From a virus (lineage: Duplodnaviria; Caudoviricetes): a DNA stretch of 56,475 bases. The notes beneath the pieces are model-generated. The model made no database searches, had not been told where the DNA came from, and was given only the letters and a program-made list of their open reading frames with translations. The stretch spans positions 1 through 56,475 of the IMG/VR virus record IMGVR_UViG_3300029319_007564; one strand, written 5' to 3'. Position numbers and translations under genes: made by a program. Positions 29,755-37,498 of the stretch are shown here, piece after piece (the first letter of the stretch is position 1; each line of letters begins with the position of its first letter).

Positions 29755-30525
29755 TCATGGACAGTGTTCTGTCTTATAAAATTTGCAGCCATAGCCGCCA
29801 GTACAAGATAGGCGATTTTTAATGTAACGCTGATTTTTTATATTGTACAGTGCCGTGTTCAAAAGTTTAAGGGCATTTTCTGTTTTTCTTGGACCACTGG
29901 TAACTCTAAAAAATTCAACCTGATTTTTCTTGGCTGTTCTCTTAAGTAGTGCAAAATGAGTTTCTACGTCCTTTGGATCAACGTTCATTTTTTGACAAAA
30001 ATACTTCTTATACAACGTAAGCTGGTACGTCACCATTTTGTCACTTTTCTTCTGCGCATTCCAGCCCCAAGAACAAGTTTTCCAATCAAAAATATGGATT
30101 TTGCCATCAGGAGTTGTTACCACTGCATCAATATAACCTTTGAATTTGTAGTCTTCGTGACCTTCAATATCTTCCATTAGTGGCATCTCTACCGCTAATA
30201 CTTCATATTCTTCAAAATAGTTATTAAGAGATTCTTCAATCTCAGGAATGATTCTTTTTCCTTGGCCCATCATATCAAGAACAAGACGTTGATCAACTTT
30301 TACATCATCCGGTAATTCAGCTATATTCTTTTTTAACTCTTTCACAAAAAAATCTTCTTTCATATCTTCTTTAAGAAGCTTTTTTTCGCAAACTGAATGC
30401 ATCGCTGTTCCAAACGCTGTGTATGCATTTCCTTTGAATCCATCGATTCCATCTACACGCGTAAGTTTATGATAAAACGGGCAAAAGCTCCAGTCTTTTA
30501 AAGCTGAATATGATATGTGTGACAC
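29755..30525 (-). CDS. PD-(D/E)XK nuclease, Cas4/AddB-like with 4-Cys cluster
   Basis: ISYSAL..CP, GTAMH, GYID, FDWKT, QLTLY, C-terminal C..C..C. Confidence 0.85.
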   Translation of the reverse strand: MSHISYSALKDWSFCPFYHKLTRVDGIDGFKGNAYTAFGTAMHSVCEKKLLKEDMKEDFFVKELKKNIAELPDDVKVDQRLVLDMMGQGKRIIPEIEESLNNYFEEYEVLAVEMPLMEDIEGHEDYKFKGYIDAVVTTPDGKIHIFDWKTCSWGWNAQKKSDKMVTYQLTLYKKYFCQKMNVDPKDVETHFALLKRTAKKNQVEFFRVTSGPRKTENALKLLNTALYNIKNQRYIKNRLSCTGGYGCKFYKTEHCP

Positions 30526-30547
30526 ATTTTCTCCATAGTTAAGTTAT

Positions 30548-30576
30548 ATTATAACCACTATTTTAGGTGTTGTCAA
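30548..30576 (-). promoter_or_regulatory. sigma70-type promoter
   Basis: Minus strand TTGACA-N17-TATAAT (perfect consensus) upstream of the nuclease gene. Confidence 0.85.
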
Positions 30577-31258
30577 GTGTTTCTGGTTTTTGAAGCATTA
30601 CAAGCTTGTTATATAATTGAGGACTTACTTTGCTTAAAAAATTATGGTTTGGATCTAAATAAAATTCTGTAAAACCTGTTGCAAAATACTCTTCGATAGA
30701 CGTCGCAGCATAGGGACTTATAAAAAGGCCTTTTATTAATTCGGATAACTGCCCATAACCAACTGTTTTATAAAGAAAATCATCAAATTCTTGATTGTAT
30801 TCAGAATCCATAAACGTTGAAAGTGGCGCTTTTGTGCCGGTTGCCCAAAGAATATCATGAAGGTGTTTTCTTTTTCTTAAGAATTCTTCTTTTATTTTTT
30901 GGTCTCCATATATTTCATAACCATATATGGGTTCTAAAGAGTGTGCTATTTCGTGAACAATATCATCAAACATATCTTCTTCGTCATCTTGAACGTTTGA
31001 TATGTAAAGGGCACCATCTTTATAGAATGCATTGATAGACCTTTTTTCAAATTCTTCAAACCACCCAATTATGATCATCTCAACTTCTTCTATCAAGTGT
31101 TGAGGTACTACATCTTCTACTCTACCTATGACTGCCTCAACATTAATTGGGCTTTGCATTGGTTCTTTAAAATATATATGTAGCCCTGAAGGCGTGTAGA
31201 AATCAGCTTGTTTCTGTTGTAGTTTCTTCTGACTCTCTTGTATATAAGCTTTCAGCAT
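30563..31258 (-). CDS. Zincin-like metallopeptidase domain protein
   Basis: HEIAH plus downstream EEYFATGF. Confidence 0.6.
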   Translation of the reverse strand: MLKAYIQESQKKLQQKQADFYTPSGLHIYFKEPMQSPINVEAVIGRVEDVVPQHLIEEVEMIIIGWFEEFEKRSINAFYKDGALYISNVQDDEEDMFDDIVHEIAHSLEPIYGYEIYGDQKIKEEFLRKRKHLHDILWATGTKAPLSTFMDSEYNQEFDDFLYKTVGYGQLSELIKGLFISPYAATSIEEYFATGFTEFYLDPNHNFLSKVSPQLYNKLVMLQKPETLDNT

Positions 31259-31505
31259 CGTCTAATCCTAGTTGGTATCCACGTAAAAAGTTTTCTTCTG
31301 CAAAGGCAAATGTAAATTCTGGAAAGTCACTTGCTAGAACTTCTGCAATCATATTGACTGTAACTTCTTCGTTATCAAGCTTTGTCCCAACATACTGAAC
31401 TAAATATTCTTTTAGTTCTGAATCTTTTTCGACTCTCATAGCCAACATAGGATTTGTATGCAGCTCTTCTTCTGTTTTAGCGTTTTCTTTTTCAGTATCA
31501 CTCAT
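31203..31505 (-). CDS. Hypothetical protein
   Basis: AAGGAG RBS and its own promoter. Confidence 0.75.
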   Translation of the reverse strand: MSDTEKENAKTEEELHTNPMLAMRVEKDSELKEYLVQYVGTKLDNEEVTVNMIAEVLASDFPEFTFAFAEENFLRGYQLGLDDAESLYTRESEETTTETS

Positions 31506-31525
31506 AATATCTCCTTTGTAATAAT

Positions 31526-31554
31526 ACTATACCATTTATTGTTTACTGTGTCAA
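31526..31554 (-). promoter_or_regulatory. sigma70-type promoter
   Basis: TTGACA-N17-TATAGT upstream of ATG 31505. Confidence 0.8.
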
Positions 31555-31559
31555 ATAAA

Positions 31560-32894
31560 CTATAATACTTTTGATGCTAGCGTTGCGACGTCACTTCTTT
31601 CGCCCTTAGTAAAGGTAACGTGGCCGGCAATTGGGAATTCTTTAAATTTTTCTACAGCATGCGCTAGGCCGTTAGAAGTTTCATTTACGTATGCATTGTC
31701 TATCTGCTCGATGTCTCCAGTCAAAACAATCTTGGTTCCCTCACCTATTCTTGTGATTATTGTTTTAACTTCGTGCATTGTCAAGTTCTGAGCCTCATCA
31801 ATGATAATAAACGCATTTGCTATTGACCGGCCGCGAATATAAGTCAACGCTTCAAGCTCAATTTTTCCTTTTTCCATATACATCTGCAGTGCATTCTTAT
31901 CATTGCCCATAAGAAACTTTAGATTGTCTTGAATTGGCATAAGCCAGGGCATCATTTTCTCTTCCATTGTTCCAGGAAGAAATCCAATATCCTTACCCAT
32001 AGGCTCAACAGGTCTGGATACAATCATTCTAGAATAGTGATTTTCTCTCAGCCCTATTGTTTGTTGAAGACCAGCGGCTATCGCACAAAGTGTTTTTCCT
32101 GATCCGGCGCGGCCGACAAGAGTAATAATCTTGATATTTGGATCCATCAGCATATCAATTGCAAATGCCTGCTCTTTATTACGAGAGTTTATTTTCCAAT
32201 CTGGAAGCTTATCGTGATAAATTTTTCTTAATGGCTGAAAGTGGCTTTCAAACCTGGCAATTGCTGTTTTCTTTTGATTAGCATTCGATACAAGCATCAC
32301 ATATTGATTTGGGTGCCAAATTTCATCTACTTCGTCTTTGTCGATATATACGTCATGACCATTGTAAAACAAATCAATTTTCTGATCATCAACAAGATAT
32401 TCTACAAATCCGGGATATAACTGATCAGAAGAAACAACAGCTTTTTCGTTGTCATAGTCTTCTGATTTCAAACCCAAAGAATCACATATAACACGCATAT
32501 TGATATCACGTGAAACTACGGTTGTTTTTCTTTTCGGATCTGATTCGCGAACAGCCATAGCAGTAGCTATGATTGCGTGATCTGGTATGCGCATATCCAA
32601 GTCGGACGGGAACACTGAATTTTTAAGGCACTCATAAGACATTACAGTTAATATTCCCTTACCTTTACCTAATCTAACACCGACCTGAAGCGTTCCTTTT
32701 TCTCTTAGCTCATCAAGACTTCGGATTATTTTTCTAGCGTTAATTCCTACCGAATCTTGTCTTTTTTTGTGATTATCTATTTCCTCAAGAACTTTCAAAG
32801 GAATGAATATATCATGATTATCGAACTTATAAATTGCCTCTGCATCCGTCAGGCAAACACTAGTATCTAAGACATAATTTTTCTTTGGGGCCAT
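31560..32894 (-). CDS. phoH: PIN-domain PhoH-family ATPase
   Basis: YVLDTSV (PIN), GRAGSGKT, GFLPG, YIRGRS, IIDEAQN, TGDIEQID. Confidence 0.93.
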   Translation of the reverse strand: MAPKKNYVLDTSVCLTDAEAIYKFDNHDIFIPLKVLEEIDNHKKRQDSVGINARKIIRSLDELREKGTLQVGVRLGKGKGILTVMSYECLKNSVFPSDLDMRIPDHAIIATAMAVRESDPKRKTTVVSRDINMRVICDSLGLKSEDYDNEKAVVSSDQLYPGFVEYLVDDQKIDLFYNGHDVYIDKDEVDEIWHPNQYVMLVSNANQKKTAIARFESHFQPLRKIYHDKLPDWKINSRNKEQAFAIDMLMDPNIKIITLVGRAGSGKTLCAIAAGLQQTIGLRENHYSRMIVSRPVEPMGKDIGFLPGTMEEKMMPWLMPIQDNLKFLMGNDKNALQMYMEKGKIELEALTYIRGRSIANAFIIIDEAQNLTMHEVKTIITRIGEGTKIVLTGDIEQIDNAYVNETSNGLAHAVEKFKEFPIAGHVTFTKGERSDVATLASKVL

Positions 32895-32927
32895 ATTTGA
32901 CTCTGGTACCAATAAGTAGTTGTTGGG

Positions 32928-33194
32928 CTACTTTGAACTCTTTACTTTTTTGATTATTTCCCAATCAAAAACCCAAACCATTGGTCTCTCTCCTTTCTTA
33001 TATGGTACACCACGTTTACGAAGTTTTTCAACTTCTTTTTGAGAATTTATCTGAGCCTCCCAGCCATCCACTCCAAGTTTGAGTTCGGATTGCTTAGCAA
33101 TGTATCTTTTTTTAAGAATCACACATACATTAGGACCAGCAAATGATTTAACCAAAACTTTATCGTTCTTGGTATATCGCTTCTTCGACTTCAT
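32928..33194 (-). CDS. Small beta-barrel-like hypothetical protein
   Basis: YTKNDKVLVK...WVFDWEIIKKV; loosely like the G-D-L-V family. Confidence 0.6.
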   Translation of the reverse strand: MKSKKRYTKNDKVLVKSFAGPNVCVILKKRYIAKQSELKLGVDGWEAQINSQKEVEKLRKRGVPYKKGERPMVWVFDWEIIKKVKSSK

Positions 33195-33309
33195 AAATTT
33201 TGTCTATGGTTTTTGTAGCTGAATCAGGTATAAATAATACTTTCAAACAAAAGAAAGCCGCTAAAAACATACTCATAGCTAATATCGTTAATTCTGCCAC
33301 TGTTTCCAC
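33160..33309 (-). CDS. 49-aa membrane peptide
   Basis: GTG start just downstream of a TAGTTA motif; METVAELTILAMSMFLAAFFCLKVLFIPDS... Confidence 0.5.
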   Translation of the reverse strand: METVAELTILAMSMFLAAFFCLKVLFIPDSATKTIDKIYEVEEAIYQER

Positions 33310-33337
33310 ATAAGTAACTATGGCTTAAAATAAAAAA

Positions 33338-33414
33338 TGGCTGGGGCGGTTGGACTCGAACCAACAACGGCCGGGGTAACAACCCGGTGCACCTGCCTGT
33401 GGCACTTCACCCCA
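33338..33414 (-). tRNA. tRNA-Asn (GTT), CCA encoded
   Basis: Acceptor TGGGGTG/CGCCCCA + G + CCA; anticodon arm CCGGG-TTGTTAC-CCCGG; T arm GTTGG-TTCGAGT-CCAAC. Confidence 0.9.
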
Positions 33415-33429
33415 ATAACGACTTTTATG

Positions 33430-33505
33430 CCATGGACTAGGTAAGTCGACAACCTCTGCCTACGTGACGATCGGCAGCCACGTCCTGCTTATAAGGCGAG
33501 CAGAA
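33430..33505 (-). ncRNA. Candidate structured RNA between the Cys peptide and the tRNA
   Basis: GC-richer intergenic segment with stems CTGCT/AGCAG, GGAC/GTCC, CTGCC/GGCAG, AGGT/ACCT. Confidence 0.3.
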
Positions 33506-33514
33506 CAGCGCAAG

Positions 33515-33577
33515 CTATTTACAGCAACATTCGCATTCACAAGGACACGAACATCCGCACTTGTCACAATTTTTCAT
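33515..33577 (-). CDS. 20-aa cysteine-rich, metallothionein-like peptide
   Basis: MKNCDKCGCSCPCECECCCK* (9 Cys); AGGAGG RBS; TAGTTA motif at 33597-33602. Confidence 0.75.
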   Translation of the reverse strand: MKNCDKCGCSCPCECECCCK

Positions 33578-33609
33578 ATTTTGAACCCTCCTAATATAAC
33601 TAGATGGCT

Positions 33610-33864
33610 TTACTTTTCATTGTTGTTTATGACGTCAAGAATGTTTCGCATATCTCTTGCGACACCCTTTTTAAAGCCGTTTAGGTCATTTTTTAACAAT
33701 GTTATTTCATCACTAATATCACTAATTCTTTGGCTAAGTCTAGAAATTCTTTCTGTGTGGTTTTTTATCACAGCAACCATTTCTTCGTTTGTTTCTTCAT
33801 TTGTGTTTTTTGGCATTGAACTCTCCTTTTTTCTAAATAAATAATACCACATTTTTCTTATCAT
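33610..33864 (-). CDS. Coiled-coil hypothetical protein
   Basis: Heptad pattern ISRLSQRISDISDEITLLKNDL. Confidence 0.6.
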   Translation of the reverse strand: MIRKMWYYLFRKKESSMPKNTNEETNEEMVAVIKNHTERISRLSQRISDISDEITLLKNDLNGFKKGVARDMRNILDVINNNEK

Positions 33865-33865
33865 T

Positions 33866-34378
33866 TCAATTGAAGTCCCATAAATAATTTTTCCACAGTG
33901 GACTTATCTGTTCTTTTTTTAATCTTCTCAAGATACTATCTTTAGGGCAAACTGGTTTTTTTATCGGATACATACCCGATTCTTCATTTGTTCGACTACC
34001 TTTTTTTTGATTACATTTTTTGCACGATGCAACTAAATTTGTCCACGTATTTTTGCCGCCTCTAGATTTTGGCAACACATGATCTAAAGTCAACTTTTCA
34101 CTTTTAAAAAAATTTGCACAATACTGGCATTGGTTTTGATCTCGCCAGAGAATGTTTTCTCTATTGCAAGGAACTGTTGTAAATCTAAACTTTATATATC
34201 TTTTTAGAACAATTACTGCTGGGAGTTTAAAACTGTCTGATACTGACTTGATTTCTTTTTTATGATTTTCTATAGCATTTGCTTTACCAACCAAACAAAG
34301 AACAAGAGCTTCGACCGCATCAATAACATCAATAGGACGAAAAGAAGAATCTAGCTTCAATGCTTTTATACCCTTCAT
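33866..34378 (-). CDS. HNH endonuclease (McrA-like)
   Basis: RDQNQCQYC...TLDHVLPKSRGG..WTNLVASCKKCNQKKG. Confidence 0.9.
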   Translation of the reverse strand: MKGIKALKLDSSFRPIDVIDAVEALVLCLVGKANAIENHKKEIKSVSDSFKLPAVIVLKRYIKFRFTTVPCNRENILWRDQNQCQYCANFFKSEKLTLDHVLPKSRGGKNTWTNLVASCKKCNQKKGSRTNEESGMYPIKKPVCPKDSILRRLKKEQISPLWKNYLWDFN

Positions 34379-34409
34379 AAACATAACTATGTTATTCGTC
34401 TCGGTAATA

Positions 34410-34919
34410 CTATCTTTGTGATTCTTTATCGCTATATCTGATCGGCGGACTGTCTTTTTTAGCTGAGTTTTTTCTTGCTCTTTCTACTAATTCAGATGAT
34501 GCAGCAACTTTTTCTTCTCCGCCAATACCCCAAAGCAATTCAACGCCAATCGATTCACAAACGTCTTGTTCCGGAGTATTACTACGACCCCTATCACCAC
34601 CATTTGCAAAGTATGTTGGCCTGTGGCGCCTAATAGCCTCGCAGACAGTCCCATCGGAATCGTCTACAGAGTCTACCAAGATTACTCCTTTGATAGAATC
34701 TAAAATTTCACGCCGTGATTCAAAATCCATAAAGTTGAATCCCTTTTTGCGATATAGCCATTCATCTGAGTTTGCAACAACTATTACATCACCATATTTT
34801 GCGGCTTCTCTAATCATTCTAATATGGCCGACATGTACCGGATCAAATCCACCACTGACCATTACTGTTGGCTTTTCGTCTTCTACTGTTTTATCAAACA
34901 TATCTTTATGTATTACCAT
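34410..34919 (-). CDS. Cytidylyltransferase-family nucleotidyltransferase
   Basis: SGGFDPVHVGH, FANGGDR, ASSEL. Confidence 0.85.
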   Translation of the reverse strand: MVIHKDMFDKTVEDEKPTVMVSGGFDPVHVGHIRMIREAAKYGDVIVVANSDEWLYRKKGFNFMDFESRREILDSIKGVILVDSVDDSDGTVCEAIRRHRPTYFANGGDRGRSNTPEQDVCESIGVELLWGIGGEEKVAASSELVERARKNSAKKDSPPIRYSDKESQR

Positions 34920-34924
34920 TTATT

Positions 34925-35017
34925 TTACCGTTTTCTGCTCTTTCTACGGTTCTTTCTTCTCTTAGAACCCATTTTTCTTCGCCTTCTAAATTTGCGATGC
35001 GGCTCTTTCCGACTCAT
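34925..35017 (-). CDS. 30-aa highly basic peptide
   Basis: MSRKEPHRKFRRRRKMGSKRRKNRRKSRKR*; GAGG RBS; fills the intergenic gap. Confidence 0.7.
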   Translation of the reverse strand: MSRKEPHRKFRRRRKMGSKRRKNRRKSRKR

Positions 35018-35025
35018 ATTATCCT

Positions 35026-35274
35026 CTAATTAATTTGTCTTAGTCTTATCCAACTATTTTCTTTTTCAGAAAAAACTAATTTTTGTCTTGACAACTCATC
35101 AATAACGTTTTTTCGAATATCGTTGTCGGATACTACTTCTTTTATCATAACATCTTTGTTTAATATTTGCAAATTAATTTTATTTTTTTTGTGAGTCCAG
35201 TATGAGTATGCGCTGATGGCTCCTAAAAAGTATACTAAAGCGATAAATAAAATTTCATATATTGTTATAATCAT
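35026..35274 (-). CDS. Small membrane protein
   Basis: N-terminal TM helix. Confidence 0.6.
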   Translation of the reverse strand: MIITIYEILFIALVYFLGAISAYSYWTHKKNKINLQILNKDVMIKEVVSDNDIRKNVIDELSRQKLVFSEKENSWIRLRQIN

Positions 35275-35326
35275 TTAAATCTCTTGATACTATAAATAGT
35301 TCAAGAGAAAAATTATATTATTGACC

Positions 35327-35785
35327 TTATGTTGTCACTATATTGTAAAGAACCTGTGGTGATAGGTCACATCGATCGTAAATTTTTATCTTTTTCCAAT
35401 CTACAACACAAGCTATTCTAAGTGCATATGCAATCCACTCGCTGCAATACCAGCAGCTTTTTCTTTTTATGCAAAACGGAACAAATTGAGACAAAAGCAT
35501 ACCTACCCAATCGTAGCCGCAGCCTTTAGTTTGTTCATAAAATTCCATTATAGTATTAAGCTGTTCTTCTGTAACCTGTACACTTACCAAGTCCCACTTT
35601 GCTTTATCGTATGTGAGTTTGGTTCTTTTAGCAACTTTTGAAGTTAGAAATGGACTTATGCTAATCCAGGTTTTCCCATCGGGCAGCACTAATTCAGCAT
35701 GACTATATGGACTTTTAGTCCACCATCTGACGATGTGGTTATGCCAATCGCCGTCACCCTTAAAAAACGCCACCTTTATTTCCAT
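35327..35785 (-). CDS. Permuted papain-like (YiiX/YebB, C92-like) amidase
   Basis: YSHAELV (His first), GYD, WYCSEW (Cys last). Confidence 0.75.
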   Translation of the reverse strand: MEIKVAFFKGDGDWHNHIVRWWTKSPYSHAELVLPDGKTWISISPFLTSKVAKRTKLTYDKAKWDLVSVQVTEEQLNTIMEFYEQTKGCGYDWVGMLLSQFVPFCIKRKSCWYCSEWIAYALRIACVVDWKKIKIYDRCDLSPQVLYNIVTT

Positions 35786-35793
35786 TTCTTATA

Positions 35794-36150
35794 CTATAAA
35801 CGCTCCCTTATGTAAATGACAGCTGCAGGGTCAACACAAAATTCCATTGTTCCCGGAGGTTTACCCAACTGATGATCAGTTACTATAAAAAACGTAAATT
35901 TGTCCCAAGGACTGTTTTTAGTTTTTGCTTGATGGCATTGTGCAGCTGTCATAACGCCGTGGCCTTGAAGTTCTACAAGCGTAGCACAACTATTTCCCAA
36001 GTTAACCATTAGGCCATCGATACAGGGGCTATTTGAGGAATCAAATGCTGAACCAGGGTATTCTGAAAGATCGTACATGTTTGGCACGGGAGGTCCAATA
36101 GGTTTTGCGCACCCGACTAAAAATAGTGTAAAAAATAAAGTTTTTAGCAT
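35794..36150 (-). CDS. Lipoprotein
   Basis: Start revised to 36150 (GGAG RBS); MLKTLFFTLFLVGC lipobox. Confidence 0.7.
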   Translation of the reverse strand: MLKTLFFTLFLVGCAKPIGPPVPNMYDLSEYPGSAFDSSNSPCIDGLMVNLGNSCATLVELQGHGVMTAAQCHQAKTKNSPWDKFTFFIVTDHQLGKPPGTMEFCVDPAAVIYIRERL

Positions 36151-36223
36151 ACGCAATCTCCAGAAAGTTGTTTTTTTGTCTCTATTATTACATACCCATA
36201 TTATACAATTAAGGACATTAAAT

Positions 36224-36454
36224 TTATAAATTATTTTTTTGGAGCACTTCAATAAGTTGAGCCTTATTAAATCTTGAAGTTCCAGTTATATTTCTTTCTG
36301 CACACAGTGCTCTCAGATCGACGACTCTAAGAGATTTAAAATCAATGTTTTCTTCAGTGGAGTTTTCGGTTGATTCTGTGCTATTTTCATCTATTTCTAA
36401 AATTTTGTGTCTAAGGCTATGTAATTCCTTTAACATTCCTGATATCCAACTCAT
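36224..36454 (-). CDS. Rho-N/SAP-like domain protein
   Basis: FKSLRVVDLRALCAERNITGTSRFNKAQLIEVL. Confidence 0.75.
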   Translation of the reverse strand: MSWISGMLKELHSLRHKILEIDENSTESTENSTEENIDFKSLRVVDLRALCAERNITGTSRFNKAQLIEVLQKNNL

Positions 36455-36474
36455 GTTTTTATTTTCTCCTTGTT

Positions 36475-36729
36475 TTAGTAAGATTCTTTAATTAATTTTG
36501 TTATTGTTCTTCTATCCATACCTTTGTAATTCCCATTAGCAAGGCTTCTAGATGCTGCTAATTCACGCAACTCTGGCATTCTCATTGCTGCAAGTTCTTC
36601 ATTAGTCGGGCACGGCTCGGCCGGCGGTTCAGGTGCAGTTTCTTCTGTTTCTTGTTCGTGGATACCGCAATCTGTATCACAACTAACAGCGTGAAATATG
36701 TTTTTTATTTTATCTAATAACCAACTCAT
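36475..36729 (-). CDS. Rho-N-like domain protein
   Basis: LAAMRMPELRELAASRSL..YKGMDRRTITKLI. Confidence 0.6.
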   Translation of the reverse strand: MSWLLDKIKNIFHAVSCDTDCGIHEQETEETAPEPPAEPCPTNEELAAMRMPELRELAASRSLANGNYKGMDRRTITKLIKESY

Positions 36730-36731
36730 AT

Positions 36732-36932
36732 TTATTCCTTATTTTTCTTAAATATCATTTCATGCATATGCTGAAAATTCTTTCTCTTAGATTCTACCAT
36801 GATATCAACTTCTTCTGTAGCTAAATCATATTCTTCTTTAATCTCCCACAAAGATTCTTCTATCTCATCTTGAGTATCACGTATTACTATTGTGGGCATA
36901 TTCTCTTCTTTTCTTTTAAACCAACTAAACAT
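36732..36932 (-). CDS. Hypothetical protein
   Basis: AAGGA RBS; MFSWFKRK N-terminus. Confidence 0.65.
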   Translation of the reverse strand: MFSWFKRKEENMPTIVIRDTQDEIEESLWEIKEEYDLATEEVDIMVESKRKNFQHMHEMIFKKNKE

Positions 36933-36946
36933 ATTATTCCTTTAAA

Positions 36947-37296
36947 TGGTGGAGGCGGCGGGAGTCGAACCCGCGTCCGTAACATATCCATAGTTAAGTC
37001 ATTCACAAGCTTATTCAGATTACTATCACAATCTGACAAAGATAGATGGAAAATAAGATATCACCCCCATCAAGCTGGTGATAAATGTTTGGTGGTTTTT
37101 AGATACCGCTTACCACCCTGTTGCAGTAAATACTCAAATTGGATAGAAGGCTTTGAGCGACCTCCCTACTAAGCGGCTAAGCGCTGTTCGAAGTGTAAGT
37201 TGTTATTTGCAACTAAAGTTTTTGAACTGTTAAGGTCGTATCTAACCTGCTTGCACTCGACTCTTTCAATGCCACGTCGAAGCCTAAATCACCCCC
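36947..37296 (-). ncRNA. ssrA: tmRNA; tag (A)ANNNLHFEQRLAA
   Basis: 5' GGGGGTG pairs with 3' CGCCTCC-ACCA including G3.U70; T arm GCGGGTTCGACTCCCGC; tag ORF 37210-37169 ending LAA-TAG-TAG. Confidence 0.95.
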
Positions 37297-37498
37297 GAGA
37301 TCTTTTAACGATAACTCCAACTGGTGTATGATCTGTGCCATCCAGCCAAATTAAAGTTTCTTTTCCTCTCTTCACCTTCTCTGCAAAAGTGAAATCAATT
37401 TCTTTTGCTGCTTTTTTCAATGCAGCGTCTTCACTACTATGTTTACTAATAAAATCGCCCTGAATATAGTGACCATTCCATTTATAAATTTTCCACAT
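37289..37498 (-). CDS. Hypothetical protein
   Basis: 69-aa coupled ORF; its stop lies in the tmRNA 5' end. Confidence 0.65.
   Translation of the reverse strand: MWKIYKWNGHYIQGDFISKHSSEDAALKKAAKEIDFTFAEKVKRGKETLIWLDGTDHTPVGVIVKRSRG

Noticed and set aside
29755-30525. CRISPR-Cas system suggested by the Cas4-like nuclease
   Set aside because: No repeat-spacer array or other cas genes seen; solo Cas4-like nucleases are common in phages.
33866-34384. HNH gene as part of an intron or mobile element
   Set aside because: No interrupted gene or intron-like flanks; it is a free-standing McrA-type HNH.
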